Origin: the human T2T-CHM13v2.0 reference genome, Homo sapiens
Strand: one strand, 5' to 3'
DNA: 64,000 nucleotides
Assembly (NCBI RefSeq): GCF_009914755.1
Contig: NC_060925.1
The translations under genes were made by a program, and so were the position numbers. Shown piece after piece: positions 16,932-30,340 of the stretch. The notes beneath the pieces are model-generated. The model worked only from the letters and a program-made list of their open reading frames with translations. It was not told the DNA's origin and searched no databases. The number at the start of each line of letters is the position of its first letter. Position 1 is the stretch's first letter.

Positions 16932-19900
16932 CTGCAAAAGCCAAGAGGAACAGGTGGTCAGAAGGTGAGTTCCCTGTGCCAGTCCAGCCCTCAGACACAA
17001 CCCCAACACCCACCCAGGGACTATCTTGAGCTGGGCAAGGAAGGTGCATTGGGGCATCCATCCCTGCCTGCCCTCTGGGAGCTCCCAGCCTAGGGGAGGT
17101 GGTGTGAGAGGACAGCCAGGCTGACATATAACCAGAGTATCAGGTGGTGGTGACAAGTGCCACGTTAAGGTATGAGCCCAGCACTTCGTGAAGACAGAGG
17201 TGGGAGGGACCACCACCCTGCCTGCATGCAAACTGTAAAGTGCTGTGCAAGCACTGCTGCTCCTGTTGTTGCTGCAAGATGCAGTAGCAAAGCCAGTCCT
17301 TAGGAGCCAGGCTGCAGCCAGCTCCACTCTCAGGCTGTTCTTTGCACCCACAAGAAACAAACTTTTATTGTGCTAAGCATTGCGATGCCCGACAGCCTAC
17401 CCAAACCAACACAGATCTCTCCTACGTAGGTGTTATCATTCCATTTTACAGAAGTGGAAACTGAGGCTCGGAGAGGTTAAATAAACATCTAACCCAAAGA
17501 CACACAGCGAGTCAGCAGGTGGGGCTGTTTTATTACATTGAAACAAAACTCAATAAATACAGTTCCCACTGATTTAGCGTTTACTATGTGCCAAGCCCTG
17601 TTGTTCCAAGGGCTTCCACACCACTACTTTGACACGAGTACTGCCCGAAGCTGAATAGGAAACGTGGGCGGGAGGGGAGAAGGCAAAGGAGGGTTCAGTG
17701 GACCCCCGCCCTTAACTGCAGGAAGGGGTGGGAGCAGTTCCCTGGGACTGGATGATATTACCAATTCCAGAACCACCTTCACTGGGACTTACTTTGTACC
17801 AGGCACTGTTCTACATGAAGTTAATTCAATCCTCGTAACAACCTATGACGTAGGCACCGTCATTATCCCCAGGTGCAGAAAGCAAGGCCCAGAGGCACAA
17901 GCTGAACCCAAGGCCAGGGTGAGATAGTGTGGAACTAGGACTGAAACCCAGGTGGGGACGCTCCAGACTGGTTGCTCAGAATCCCCTTGCGGAGCTCCTC
18001 ATAGACCCAGGAACTGTCAAAGCCTAAAGGCCCTAACCCAGCTCCTCCAACAGAGTTCCTCCCTCCCTGGAGGAAGCTGGGGGCAGGTTCTTTCCCTCCT
18101 CGGATGTCTGTCCATCCTGGGACAGACAGAGGAGTTTCTCTCCTTCCTCACCCCACTGCTACCCTCCCTACATGGCCTCGGAGCAGGGCAGTCTGGAACC
18201 CTTTTAGGATGCTGTCGGGGCCAGCTAAAAATAGGCCAGAGGGGAGGGAGGGGTGGAGAGCCGGTTACGTCACCGGCTTTTGGAAACAAGAGAAAACGGA
18301 TACTGTTTGCACACACAGAGGAAAATTCCTCCTCTCTCCCACAGGAGACAGCCCAGCCAGGGCTCCTGGAGGACACACACTCTTTCCCTCTCCCCCTTTT
18401 CTCCAGCCTTTCCCAGCCCCAGCATTAGCTGCTAGGCTGAGATCTGCGTGGGCTCCCGGGTCCGGACCTGGAGGGCAAGGGGCTGGGATTCCTTCCAGGG
18501 CTGGAGGGCACAGAGAAAGCTAAGAGGGGGCAGGGAGGGAACCTAAGGGCCTAATCCAGCCAGGACCATCTCACTGAACCTCCCCTCATTGTACAGATGG
18601 GGCAACTGAACCCGAGTGGTCAAGCCATTTGCCCAGATCACCCAGTATATCAGGAGCAAGGCTAGGAGTCCGGTCCCAGGCCACCTCTCACCGAGAAGAG
18701 CAGGCCCCATGTTGGGGACAGGAATCACAATGGGGGGAAAGTTCCCAGGCCACCCCATCCCTGCCCAGGAGCACAGGGCATCTGGGGCTTCTCTGGGGGG
18801 TAAAGGCTGGAGCACAGGTCCCGAGCTGAATCATCTCTCCTGGCCACACGGCTCAGAGTGGGGAAGGCGACTCAATTCCAAAGCCGCTGAGCAGGGCAGG
18901 TGCAAGGGTGAGCCCCGGCAAGCCTCTGGCTGCAGCCTGGAGTCTAGAGCGAACCTGCTAACACATCTTGCAGCAAGAGCAGGAGTAGCAAAGAAGGGCA
19001 CAAAAAATAAAGAATGGCATGGCTCCTCCCTTGGACGCAGGCACCCAGGGGCACCTCCCCGACACTCCCCATTCCCCAGAGGGGCCCTTGGGAATGAGGC
19101 CCAGCACCCCTCACTTCTCCTTTGAGCAACCATCTCATGAGGAAGGCGAGGCAGGGGCCAATAGAACCCTTGTACAGACGGAGAAAACGAGGACCAGAGA
19201 GGGAATGAGACTTGCCCCAAATCCACCCAAGGTGACAGCAGGAGCCCAGATCTTTGGCTTTCCAGACACAATAACAGCAACAGCACCAGCAACCATTAAC
19301 TGGGGGGTACGTTCTGGGCCCCACACACCCGGCTCACTGCCTTGGACACACACATCACTGGCTTGAATGTGAATTATTAACCCTCTTGGGGAAAGAATTT
19401 CTAACTAAGCCCATCTTGCAGATGAGGGAGCTGAGGTTCAAAGAGGTAAAGTAACTTGTCTAAGGTCACAGAGCTAGCAAGCAGGGAGCTGGGACTCAAA
19501 GCTAGTCCAGTCTCTAAAGCAGCGTGTCTCAGCCTAGAATGTGCATACCAATCACCTGGGCATCTTATTAACATGCAGAAGCTGGTTCCGCAGGCGAGGG
19601 CGGGGGCAGACAGCTCCCCAGTGATGCTGGGCTACAGATGGCACTGAGTGGCCAGGCTCTGAAGACCACACAACCCAGCCCCTCCACCTCACCTCTCCCT
19701 TCCTGCCCCGAGTTCTGCACCCTCCCAACCCCACATCTCAATCGTGTTTCCTGACTGCACATACCACACCCCCAGGATGAGCTTGCACAAATGATTTCAC
19801 GGGCTTTTTATTTCCAAAGCCAGACGGGGGAGGCAGCCGGCTGGCCTGCTCCCAGGAGGTTGAGGACAGACCCCGCATGTGGACAGCAGCTGGCTTGACT

Positions 19901-21557
19901 GAAGAGCCTGTCGCCCGCCCTGACATCCCTCCCGGCGGTGGTGGAGAAAACCTGGCTCCGCCAGCTCCAGTGTTGACAATGCAGAAAAGCTCTGTCCTTG
20001 GATCGTTCTGAGGACTGGCATGAAGGGCCAGGTGGGCGATGTGTTTCTTACGGCACTCCAGACACCTGTATTCCCTGCCCACCCACCCAGAGCCAGGGAG
20101 CACTCAGCTTAACTGAGAACTGGTGAACCAAGTTGCTGGCACAGAGATTTCAACACCAGCTTCCCAAGCACAACCCTCCCTCTTCCCTGGGTCTGCCCAC
20201 AAGAGTAAGGTTTCAGTGGGGAGGGTGTTTCAGGCAGAGGGACCAACAGAAACAAAGAGGGCAGCAGGAAGGGACAGGCCAGGCGCTGTCTGCCACCAAG
20301 AGGCGGGTGCACCTACTTTGGATCAGCGGTTTGCAGACATCGTTTCCTTTCAGCCTGCACCATCCCCTCTCCCAGCCCCAGCCCATGGCTGAGCAAACGA
20401 CTTGCCCAAAGACTGCCTAGGAAGTGGCAGCGCCTGGATTCGAACCCAGGTCTGACAGAATCCTACGCCCGGGCCCTTTAAGGCTGAAAGGGGAAGGAAG
20501 GCTGGAGTGAACATAAAGAGATCACTTTTGGGGCACAAAGGCCATTTTCCTCGAGTCTCCCTCAGCAGTCCAGGAGCTGTTCTGTTGGCTGGGGAGGGGT
20601 CCTTTCTGGTCTTTTGAAGACTCCAGAATATTGACAGGCCTGCCACTGGCAGAAAATGAGGTGACAAACACATCCCAGTGCTCTCTGCAGGGCCTTTCCA
20701 TAGATCCCCTCCATCATACTGCACATGCACTGGGCTGGAAAGCTACCCTGTCCCCACTTTACAAGTGGGAAAATGAAGACCCAGGGCCTATGGACAACTC
20801 CAGCCACGGCTGACACGGCCTGAATCACTGAGAGCCGCCCCTGCCCACCCTGACCCAACAGCTCATAAAACTTCCAAATCCTTCTCTTTTCTAGCGCTGG
20901 ATGAGAGAAGGGACATTTATTGATTACCTTCTCGGTGGTATCCACCACATTAGGCACTCATACTTCCCTCTATAAAATCCCGCTGAGCCCTCCCCTGGGG
21001 ATCATCCCCATGTTGCAGATGAGGCTCAGAGGTCAGGTAACTCATTTCCCCTCTTCCTCTCTCCTCCTCAGCCTCCTGAAACCCTAGCCATTCTCCCAGG
21101 CTTGTCTCAAATGTCATCTCTTCCCCAAGCCTCACATCCACTTCCATTGTTTGCCCCACAGCTTAAAGCAGTGGAGGCCCCAGGATCTCCTCTTCCCCAG
21201 TGGCATGGTTGTGGGATCCCACGGCACACAGCTCTTGCCCAAAGGAGCCAGTCCCGTGACGCCAGGGCCAGTGATGGCTCCATTGTGTGGTCACCGCCAC
21301 TTCCACCTTCCCCACCGCCACCGGGGGCTGGCACTCATCTCGGGAGGTCTCAGGCACAGAGATGGGGCAAAGAGGAAGCAAGAAGCAAGTTCCCTGGTCT
21401 AGGTGGGAAAACAGGCACAGGAGCCGGGTCTCAGGTCGGGGGTCCAGTCCTTCTGCAGGCCCAGAGAGCTGGTTATGATGATCATTCCTGTGCTTGCTAC
21501 TGTATTCCCTGCACCTCAAACTGGCTGGGCACTTGCTAAGGAGTCAGACATTTATCG

Positions 21558-22045
21558 AATGGATTGGTTGGATGGATGGATGGATGGATGGATTGGTTGG
21601 ATGGATGGATGGATTGGTTGGATGGATGGATGGATGGATGGATGGATGGATGGATGGATTGGTTGGATGGATGGATGGATGGATGGATGGATGGATGGAT
21701 GGATGGTTGGATGGATGGATGGATGGATGGATGGATGGATGGATGGATGGATTGGTTGGATGGATGGATGGATGGATGGATGGATGGATGGATGGATGGA
21801 TTGGTTGGATGGATGGATGGATGGATGGATGGATGGATGGATGGATTGGTTGGTTGGATGGATGGATGGATGGATGGATGGATGGATGGATGGATGGATT
21901 GGTTGGATGGATGGTTGGATGGATGGATGGATGGATGGATGGATGGATGGATGGATGGTTGGATGGATGGATGGATGGATGGATGGATTGGTTGGATGGA
22001 TGGATGGATGGTTGGATGGATGGATGGATGGATGGATGGATGGAT
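21558..22045 (+). repeat. ~490-bp interrupted (GGAT)n array, intron 1
   Basis: Direct observation; source of the spurious WMDG/IHPS ORFs. Confidence 0.97.
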
Positions 22046-25000
22046 CCAAAGCTGCACTTACTCCTCAGTGCCCTGATGGCCCTCGCCTCCAGACAGAACT
22101 CCTTTCCCCCAGAGCATCCTTAGACTGAACATCCCAGCCCAGGGGCTCACAGGAGGCAAATTCCCAGCATAGCCCCTGCACTCAGCTTCATCCATTCGGC
22201 TCCAGAGCCTCTCCTGGGAGAGGCCAGGCCAGGCCAGGGGGAGGGATGGCCAGGGCAGGAAGCAGGCAGGAGAAGGAGAAACCTTCCCTTTCCCACTTCC
22301 CACAGCCCTGGGCCAGGGAGGGGAGGCAGGGATGTCAGAACAAAGAGTGCAGGGAGAGGAAATGACTCCACAAAAGCACAAAGCAGCTGAGATCAGGGGC
22401 CTCGGCCACCATCTTAGCAGAACAAGCACTCTCTGAGGCTGGTGGCCAGGAGGGAGAGGTGGCAGCACCACCCCAGCCAGATGTGGTCTCTCCGCATTCC
22501 TGAGGAGCCACCACTGGAACCACGTGAGGGACGAGAAGTCTCTGCTGGCCTCTGGGGAAAAGGGGTGGGCAGATTCTATGCCAGTCCCCACCCCCACCCC
22601 ACTCAGGGCCAGTGCCTCCCCCTCTCCCGTCAGCTCAAGATGACACACAGACCCGCAGGAAAGGGACCGACAAGCCTGCCCTACAGAGGGGCGGAAACCC
22701 AAGCTGAAGTCACCAGCAGAGGGGCTGACTCACAGATTTTTCACTTCCTGTGCAGTCAGAAAAAGAGGCTCGAGGCTCCCGCTCAGGAGGAAAGTAGGTG
22801 CAGGCCCAGCAAAACAATGAAGCCCTCCAGGGACGAACCTGGGGCTCCTGGAGTGAGCATCCCAAGACACCAGGGCAGCAAGAGACGGGTTCAAATCCTG
22901 CCCCATCACTTCCCAGTTGCGTGATCTTGAGCAAGTCAGTTACCCTCTCTGGGCCTCAGTTGTCCCCTCTGTGAGTTGGGAAACCAGCCACCCCCTTTTG
23001 AAGGTGGCTGTGAGAACTACAGGAAGGGGATGGTGTGGGTAAAAGCACCCTGGCATCCAGCAGACCATGGGTGTTCAGCAGCTCCACGTCAACGGCACAG
23101 CGCATGGCTGCCTCCCACCTCCAGAGTTGGGAGGGAGGTGTGGAAATGGCCCACACCTTGCGGGAAGGCGAGCGGCCGGCACGCCTAGGCCGACTCACTC
23201 AGGTGAAGGGAAATGAGCTCAGGTGAGGCTGGGCTGGAGCCCTCAGTGGAAGACTTCATTCTGGGCCAAGCGTGGGCCTGGCCTCTGGCAGAGGGCAGGT
23301 GGGGGCAGAGAGCAGCTTCCTTCCCGGCGGGTGGAGGGCTGGCACCTTCTCAGCTCCACCCTGGCCTCGGGGAGCTCACCCCACTGCAGCAGGGCTGGAT
23401 GCAGGTGGCCAGGGAGCTGTGCTGGAGCCCGGCTGCTCAAACCACAGATTTGGCCCAGCCAATGCCCCTCAGCTCTGCGCTGCCCTAGCTCCTGTGTTTG
23501 CCCACCTGCAGATGCACAGAGGCATCCTCACAGCAGAGCCAGGGCCAAGCCTGGGGGCCCCAATCAGCTGTTCTTCTCTAAAATAATATCTGAGCTGGAA
23601 GAAGAGGCTGCAGGCACAGTGGTAGACCAGGGGAGCCCTTTCTGCAAATGCAGTTTTGCAGAAGCTGATGGATTGGGAAGACCAGAGCAGGCTCCCCGGT
23701 GGGGTCAGGGCTGCGTGCCCCCAACAGCCTCCACTTGCTTCTTCTGAGCCCTTCTAGAGAACCTGAAAACCACAACCGAGTCAACTTCCTCCTTGCACAC
23801 CATCCCCCTCGAATACCACAGACAATTCATATTTAAGGCAGAAAGAAAATCCGATAAGGGAGTGGGAGTGGGGCAGGGCTGGGAATACAATGTGGAAATC
23901 CCGCCACCACTGCTAACACAGGGCTCACCTCCTGGGCAGCTCAGCACTGATGCACGTGTGGATGCCTTGCCTCCTGACTTTCTCTCCCACATGGCACGCT
24001 GCAAGCCCGTCTTCTCCCCCGAAAATGGACAGCCAATAAGCTCTAGCCCCTGCGCATGAAAGAGGCCCCCTCCTGCCTGCCCCAAGCCCCACCCCCTGGG
24101 GACACCTGGCACCACCTCTTGTGGCCTCCCGGCTCCCACCTCCATGGAGCCCCTGATCCCAAGGAAAGGCTGTCTCGCAGACGTGCCCATCAGAGCCCGG
24201 CTGCCCAGCTGTACTCTCCAGCTCTCGGAAGGAAAGACAAATTAAATGCCAACTGATTGTCTCCACGGAGGAGGTATTAATTTAATGTGAACACTTAACC
24301 AGGGCAGCCGATTCCATTACAGGCGGGCAGTAATGGCCTGAGCAGGACGGAGCACAGGCTGTACACTGAGGATGGGGGCCAGGTTTGAGAAGCCACTAAT
24401 CAAGTGTGCCCCCAGAACACTGCCACCCACACAGACACACAGAGCTGCTTTCAACCAGAAACGGCAGCCTCCTCCAGGGATCCCAGCGTGCCAGGTCTGC
24501 GCAAGGCTGCTCAGGGGAGAGGCAGAGGGGTCTGACATCCATAGGGAAGTTCCCTGTGGAAGAGCGGGTACTGGGCTAGGAAGCAGGAGGTCCTGGTTCA
24601 TGCCCTGGCTGCGTTGCTAATTTGCTGCATGACCCTGAGCAAGTCCCTTCTCTGCCCTGGGCCTCAGTCTCCCCATCTATAATAGGATCTCCCAAAATCC
24701 CTCGGGACATGACATTTGCAGTGTTATTTGCACGCCCTGGATAGGGCCCTTCCTTGGAGTCCAGAAGTGGTGACAGCCTCAGGGATACCAACTCCATCCG
24801 GAGTTATCCTGGGTGCCATCAGGGCTCTGACAGCCTGCACTCAACAGCAGACACCCGCCGGGTGCCCTCTCCCAGAAGAAGCAGCAGCGTGGTGTGGGAG
24901 CATGCATTCATTCGTTTGCCCCTCACTCATTCATTCCATAAACAGTTCCTGAGGGCTTGCCACGAGCCCCGCAGGCCTTAGAGAGTCAAAGGTTGTAGGC

Positions 25001-26765
25001 AATTCTGCAGAAGGAAGGGCAGGTGAGCTGAGAAAGTCATCTGCCTCTGTGTGATCCCCTGAGGGCCTGTCTACCTCAAGCTAGGAGCCTCAGTCTCCAC
25101 TTCTGTAAAACGGGGATAGCAATCCCACCTTGTAGGGCTCATGGATGGATCAAGAGAGCAGGCTCAAGTGAGGCACACAGATGCCCTTGACAGATGATGC
25201 CCATGCTCTTCACCGGTGTCACCCTGGCTCTACCCACCTGGGGGAGGGAGGGGCAAATGGGTGGGTGAAAGTCTGGGCCCCCTCAGCAAGGACACTTCTC
25301 CAACCTGTCCTGGCCCTCTGGGGACCCAGGAGCAACTGAGAGAGGCAGCACTGAAATCGAGTTGCTAAGGAGTTTTCCCAGCAAGGAGGTGAAAGTGAGT
25401 CCCATCGCCAGGCAGGGGGGATGAGCTGTGTGGGGTCATCACATTCCCCCACCTGACATTCCCCTCACCTGACATTCCCCCCACTTGTTTCCTGGTGACC
25501 AAGGGGCCCTTTGCAGGGCAGCTAGCTGGTCTCTGGGCTCTCTGTGGTGAGCCAACAGGACTTGAGAGGTGAGTGGGAAAGAACGGCAAGCCCCTAACTG
25601 GGCTCCGGCCCCCCAGCCACACACCCCTTCAGGCAACGAGGCAGCAGCCTTGTGCTGGAAGTCCTGAAGCTAGTCCTGCCTCTGCCCCAGCTGGCTCCGT
25701 GATCTTGGGCAAGTCCCTTCCCCTCCTCTGGCACCACTTTCCCATCAGTAATGCAATGATGTCAAACTGGATGAATTCTAAGGGCCCACCCAGCCAAGCC
25801 AGAAAACAACTGCCATGATCCCTGGACAAGCATCCTACACTGACCACAAAGCCGCCTGACAAACCACAAATGCTCAAAAGCCAGCTGAGACGTCTGTCCT
25901 TGCGTTCCAACCAGTGTGTGTAGTGGAGAGGGGAGCAGGGACTCTGGAGCCAGAGGGTCCTGGGATCAAATCCCAGCTATCCATCTTGCAGTTCTGTGAC
26001 CTTGAGCAAGCTATGACCCTCTCTGGGCCTTGGTAATACCTCCCAGCTCCGAGGGGTTTTGCCCACATTCCATGGAATAGCATATGAAAAGTGCCCAGAA
26101 TAGTGCCTGGTCTACCATGAGCATGCCATTGGTGTCATTCTCATCCTCACGACCTCCCAATGACAGCTGCTCAGAGAGGTGGGGAGAGGCTGGGAGAATG
26201 CTCTTGGACCACATCGTAAGTGAGGGGGTCAGACTTGAACCCAAGGCCATCTGACCCCAGAGCCACTGTCTGCATAACAGTCATGTTGTTGATAGTCATG
26301 GTAATGAGCTAGATGCCGCCTTCACCTGGCTGGGTGGCTGGCAGTACAAGGGGACAGGGTGGCAGAAGGAAAGAAGCCAGATGCTAATGCCACAGAACCC
26401 CCGTCAGCAAAACCCACTGAAAACCCTGCTTTCGCCGTCCACACCCCATAGACATACCCCAGGAACTAATGGGCATGCCCAGCCCTTTGAGGTCTGTCCT
26501 AACAAGGGCCACTGTGGCAGCAGGTGGGTCCAGGGCAGGAGAGCCCAGCTGGTCTCATGGCACCTTCCAACACACACAAGGCATTTAAGGGTATTCACCC
26601 AGGCCAGCTGCTGGCTCTTTTGGGCAACATGGGGCCCAGGGAACCCCCGGGTCACCTGCCCCAATGCCAATCTGAGGTTTCAGTTGTTTTCTGAGCCACC
26701 TGTCCAATTCCCTCCTGTCTATATTTGCCCAGGTTCCCAGCATCACTGCCACTTGGTATTGCTTA

Positions 26766-27237
<472 letters not shown>

Positions 27238-29388
27238 TCAACCAGCATCTCACAGTGAGGAAAAATCTGCATCACAAATTGCAGGCCACCATGAAGTTTC
27301 TGGAGTACCACTGCCAGCCTCTTCCAGGCTTGGGTACCCCTTCATCACCTCCTCCAGGGAGCTTTTCATGACTTCCCCAGAATAAGTCACTATGCCCATT
27401 CTGATGTTCCCAGTCCTGAACCCACTCCTTCAGCACTGGCATCCAGGGGCTGTGAATTTTCACTTCCCTGTCTCTCTCATCAGACTCCACTCTTCTACGA
27501 GAAGGGAAGAATTTGCATTTATTGTAAAATGCTGATTAGGTGCTAATCATTCGACACCCACCATCTCTAATTCTCACCACAGTTCTGTGAGCCGGATGTT
27601 ATCATTCCCACTATACACACTCAGGTGAAATGACCTGTTCAAGGTCAAATCCAGGTCCATATGGCTCCCAAGCCTGGGCAGCCTCTCTATGGTCTGATGG
27701 TGTCTCGTCGGCTCCATAAGCCCCACTCCCTGCCCACACCCCCAGCACATCACTTAGAAAATGCCCCTGGGTTACAGTGCCACGGTCAGATGCACAGATG
27801 TGTACACATGGGGTCACAGTCACTGACCTGGAAACAAAGCCACTTTGCCCATGCACTTATTTCTCAGCGCCAGAGAACCCAGGGTGCAGGAAGGCCTCGG
27901 CACACCACCACCTCCACTGCCAAGGCAACGAGCTGGGGCCAGCACGTGGTGAGCAAGAAAGGCACCAAGCTCTGGAGCTGGACGGAACAAGGCTCAAATC
28001 CCAGTGGTACCAACCACACGCTCCCGGGCAAGTGATTTCCAATCCCTAAGCCTCCCCATTTGGTCATCATAAAGATCCCCCCTGCCTCTGGAGGCTGCTA
28101 CAGTTTGTGAAAAGGAGGGTATACGCAGGCTCCGAATAAACGGAGGCTCTCGTCCCTTCTCCGCCTTCCCTGTCACTGGCTCCAGGGTCTGAGAGAGCAG
28201 CACCCTTGTTTCTCTGGTCTGTAAAATGGTCTGTTTCTTTCTGGCTCCACTGCGCTATGGAAATCGTGGGGTTGCGGGGAGGCTGCAGCTTGTCATCCAG
28301 CCCCCAGGCACTGACTGCAGAGATCCCACCCCTGACCCCCCCAGACTGGGATGCCAGGAGGGGCAGAGGATCTGCACTTCTGAGCTGTGTGCCTTGAGCC
28401 AAGCACTTGACCGCCTGTGCTCCAGGTCCCCTAGCTTTGAGCAGGGGCTAACGGAAGAACCTGCCTTGCCAGGTTGTTGTAGTAAATGAGTCAACACACG
28501 TTTCACACTTAGCACAGTGCCCAGCTCCCAGTAAATGCTCAATAGATGGAAGCTATGATTAGTCATGGAACACGGCCTTTCTGCTGTCCTCCCTGCCATG
28601 GAAAATGGGTAACTCAGCTGGAGGGCAGTTCCTCTGTGTAGACTGGCCAAGGCCCCGGGGATGAGGCAGGGTACCTGGGTGCCAAACCAGCCCCCTCTGC
28701 TACCAATGCTCGGCAACACACCGACAGTCAAGACACACAGGAGGACGTCCCATCTCCCTTGTATCCAATTCGGCACCATATCCCAGTGCCTGGCACAAGA
28801 CCTGGCACCAAGAGAGCCTTCATGAGCGAGCATTGGGGGTTTCTGGAGACACCCAGGCCCGGCAGCCCAGAATATCTCCCACAGCCCAACTCAGGCTGGC
28901 TGCCGGCTTACATTTCATCTTCTTCCCCCAGGACAGAATCAACAAACATTTCCCAAGTGCTCACCCAGGAGCCAAGTGCTGGGGACACAGAAGTGGATTA
29001 AGAGTATTCTCTTCCTGCTGAGAGAGGGGAGGCGAGTTCCGGAGCTCTCGCCGGGGCAGGACCTCTGGCTCCTCCAGCCTCAGATCCTCAATCCCTTCAA
29101 CCCAAGAAGTGTGGGAAGTTCTGGGCACTGACTGCCTTGTGCCAGGCAAGCAGGGATGGAAGGGAATGCTCACCCTGGGACAGGGGGCATCTTCCTCCGT
29201 CCATGAGTGAAGGGGCCCCATCCAAGTTGCCACTGCCCATTTGTACCCAGGGGCACGAGAAAGGAAACCAAGCATCCACCATCACACTGAAAACATTGGT
29301 TCCCTTCAGCAGCGACGTGGGTGGCTGGGGATTATGGGGTAGAACTGTCACTCTGTCCCCTCTGTATCTTTTCTTAATACACATAACA

Positions 29389-29674
29389 GGCCAGGCACGT
29401 TGGCTCACGCCTGTAATCCCAGCACTTTGGGCAGGTGGATCACTTGAGCCCAGGAGTTCCAGACCAGCCTGGGCAACATGGCGAAACCCCATCTCTACAA
29501 AAAATTTAGCCAGGTGTGGTGGCACCGCTTATAGTCCCAGATACTCAGGAGGCTGAGGTGGGAGGATTGCTTGAGCCCAGGACCTCAAGGCTGCAGTGAG
29601 CCAAGATCGCGCCACTGCACTCCAGCCTGGGTGACAGAGCAAGACCCTGTCTCAAAAATAAATAAATAAATAAA
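29389..29674 (+). mobile_element. AluJ-type element with (TAAA)n tail
   Basis: Dimeric Alu. Confidence 0.9.
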
Positions 29675-29951
29675 CCATATAACATAGAATTTACCATCTT
29701 AACCATTTTTAAAGTGGCATTAAGTGCATTCACACTGCTGTGCAACCATCACCTCCATCCATCTCCAGAACTCTTTCATCTTGCAAAACTGCAACTGTAC
29801 CTGTTAAGCAGTAGTACCCCGTACCCCTCTCCCCGCAGCCCCTGGCAACCACCCTTCTACTTTCTGTCTCTGTGGATTCGACTTCTGGGTACTTTGTATA
29901 AATAGAATCAGATAGTATCTGTCCTTCTGTGAATAGCTTATTTCTCTTATT

Positions 29952-29985
<34 letters not shown>

Positions 29986-30340
29986 AGACAGCGTCTCACT
30001 CTGTTGCCCAGGCTGGAGTGCAGTGGTACAATCACACAACTCACTGCACCTCCACCTCCTGGGCTCAAGCAATCCCCCTGCCTCAGCCTCTGGAGCAGCT
30101 GGGACTATAGGCATGAGCCACCATGCCCAGTTAATTTTTAAAAATTATTTTTTTGTAGAGACGGGGTTTCACCATGCTGTCCAGCAGGTCTCGAACTCCT
30201 GGGCTCAAGCAATTCTCCCACCTTGGCCTCCCAAAGTATTGAGATGACAGGTGTGAGCCACCGCGCCCAGCCTGGCTGATTTCATTTAGCATAATATCCT
30301 CAAGGTTCATCCATGTTGTAGTGTGTGTCAGAATTTCCCC
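29675..30340 (-). mobile_element. Old L1 (L1MB-like) 3' fragment interrupted by an Alu
   Basis: aatttaccatcttaaccatttttaa...gtgcaaccatcacc...; resumes after the Alu with atttcatttagcataatatcctcaaggttcatccatgttgtag. Confidence 0.75.
29950..30272 (-). mobile_element. AluJ-type element
   Basis: Dimeric Alu with long poly(T). Confidence 0.9.

Noticed and set aside
21403-22128. WMDG/IHPS-repeat ORFs
   Set aside because: Translations of the (GGAT)n array
22710-22728. CTCF-like sequences (also ~41530, ~45960, ~47930)
   Set aside because: Each has mismatches at core positions and cannot be called without ChIP data
28255-28833. 192-aa sense-strand intronic ORF with a hydrophobic N-terminal stretch
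   Set aside because: Partly MIR/L2-derived, with no domain and no evident promoter or splice support; would need Ribo-seq or PhyloCSF evidence
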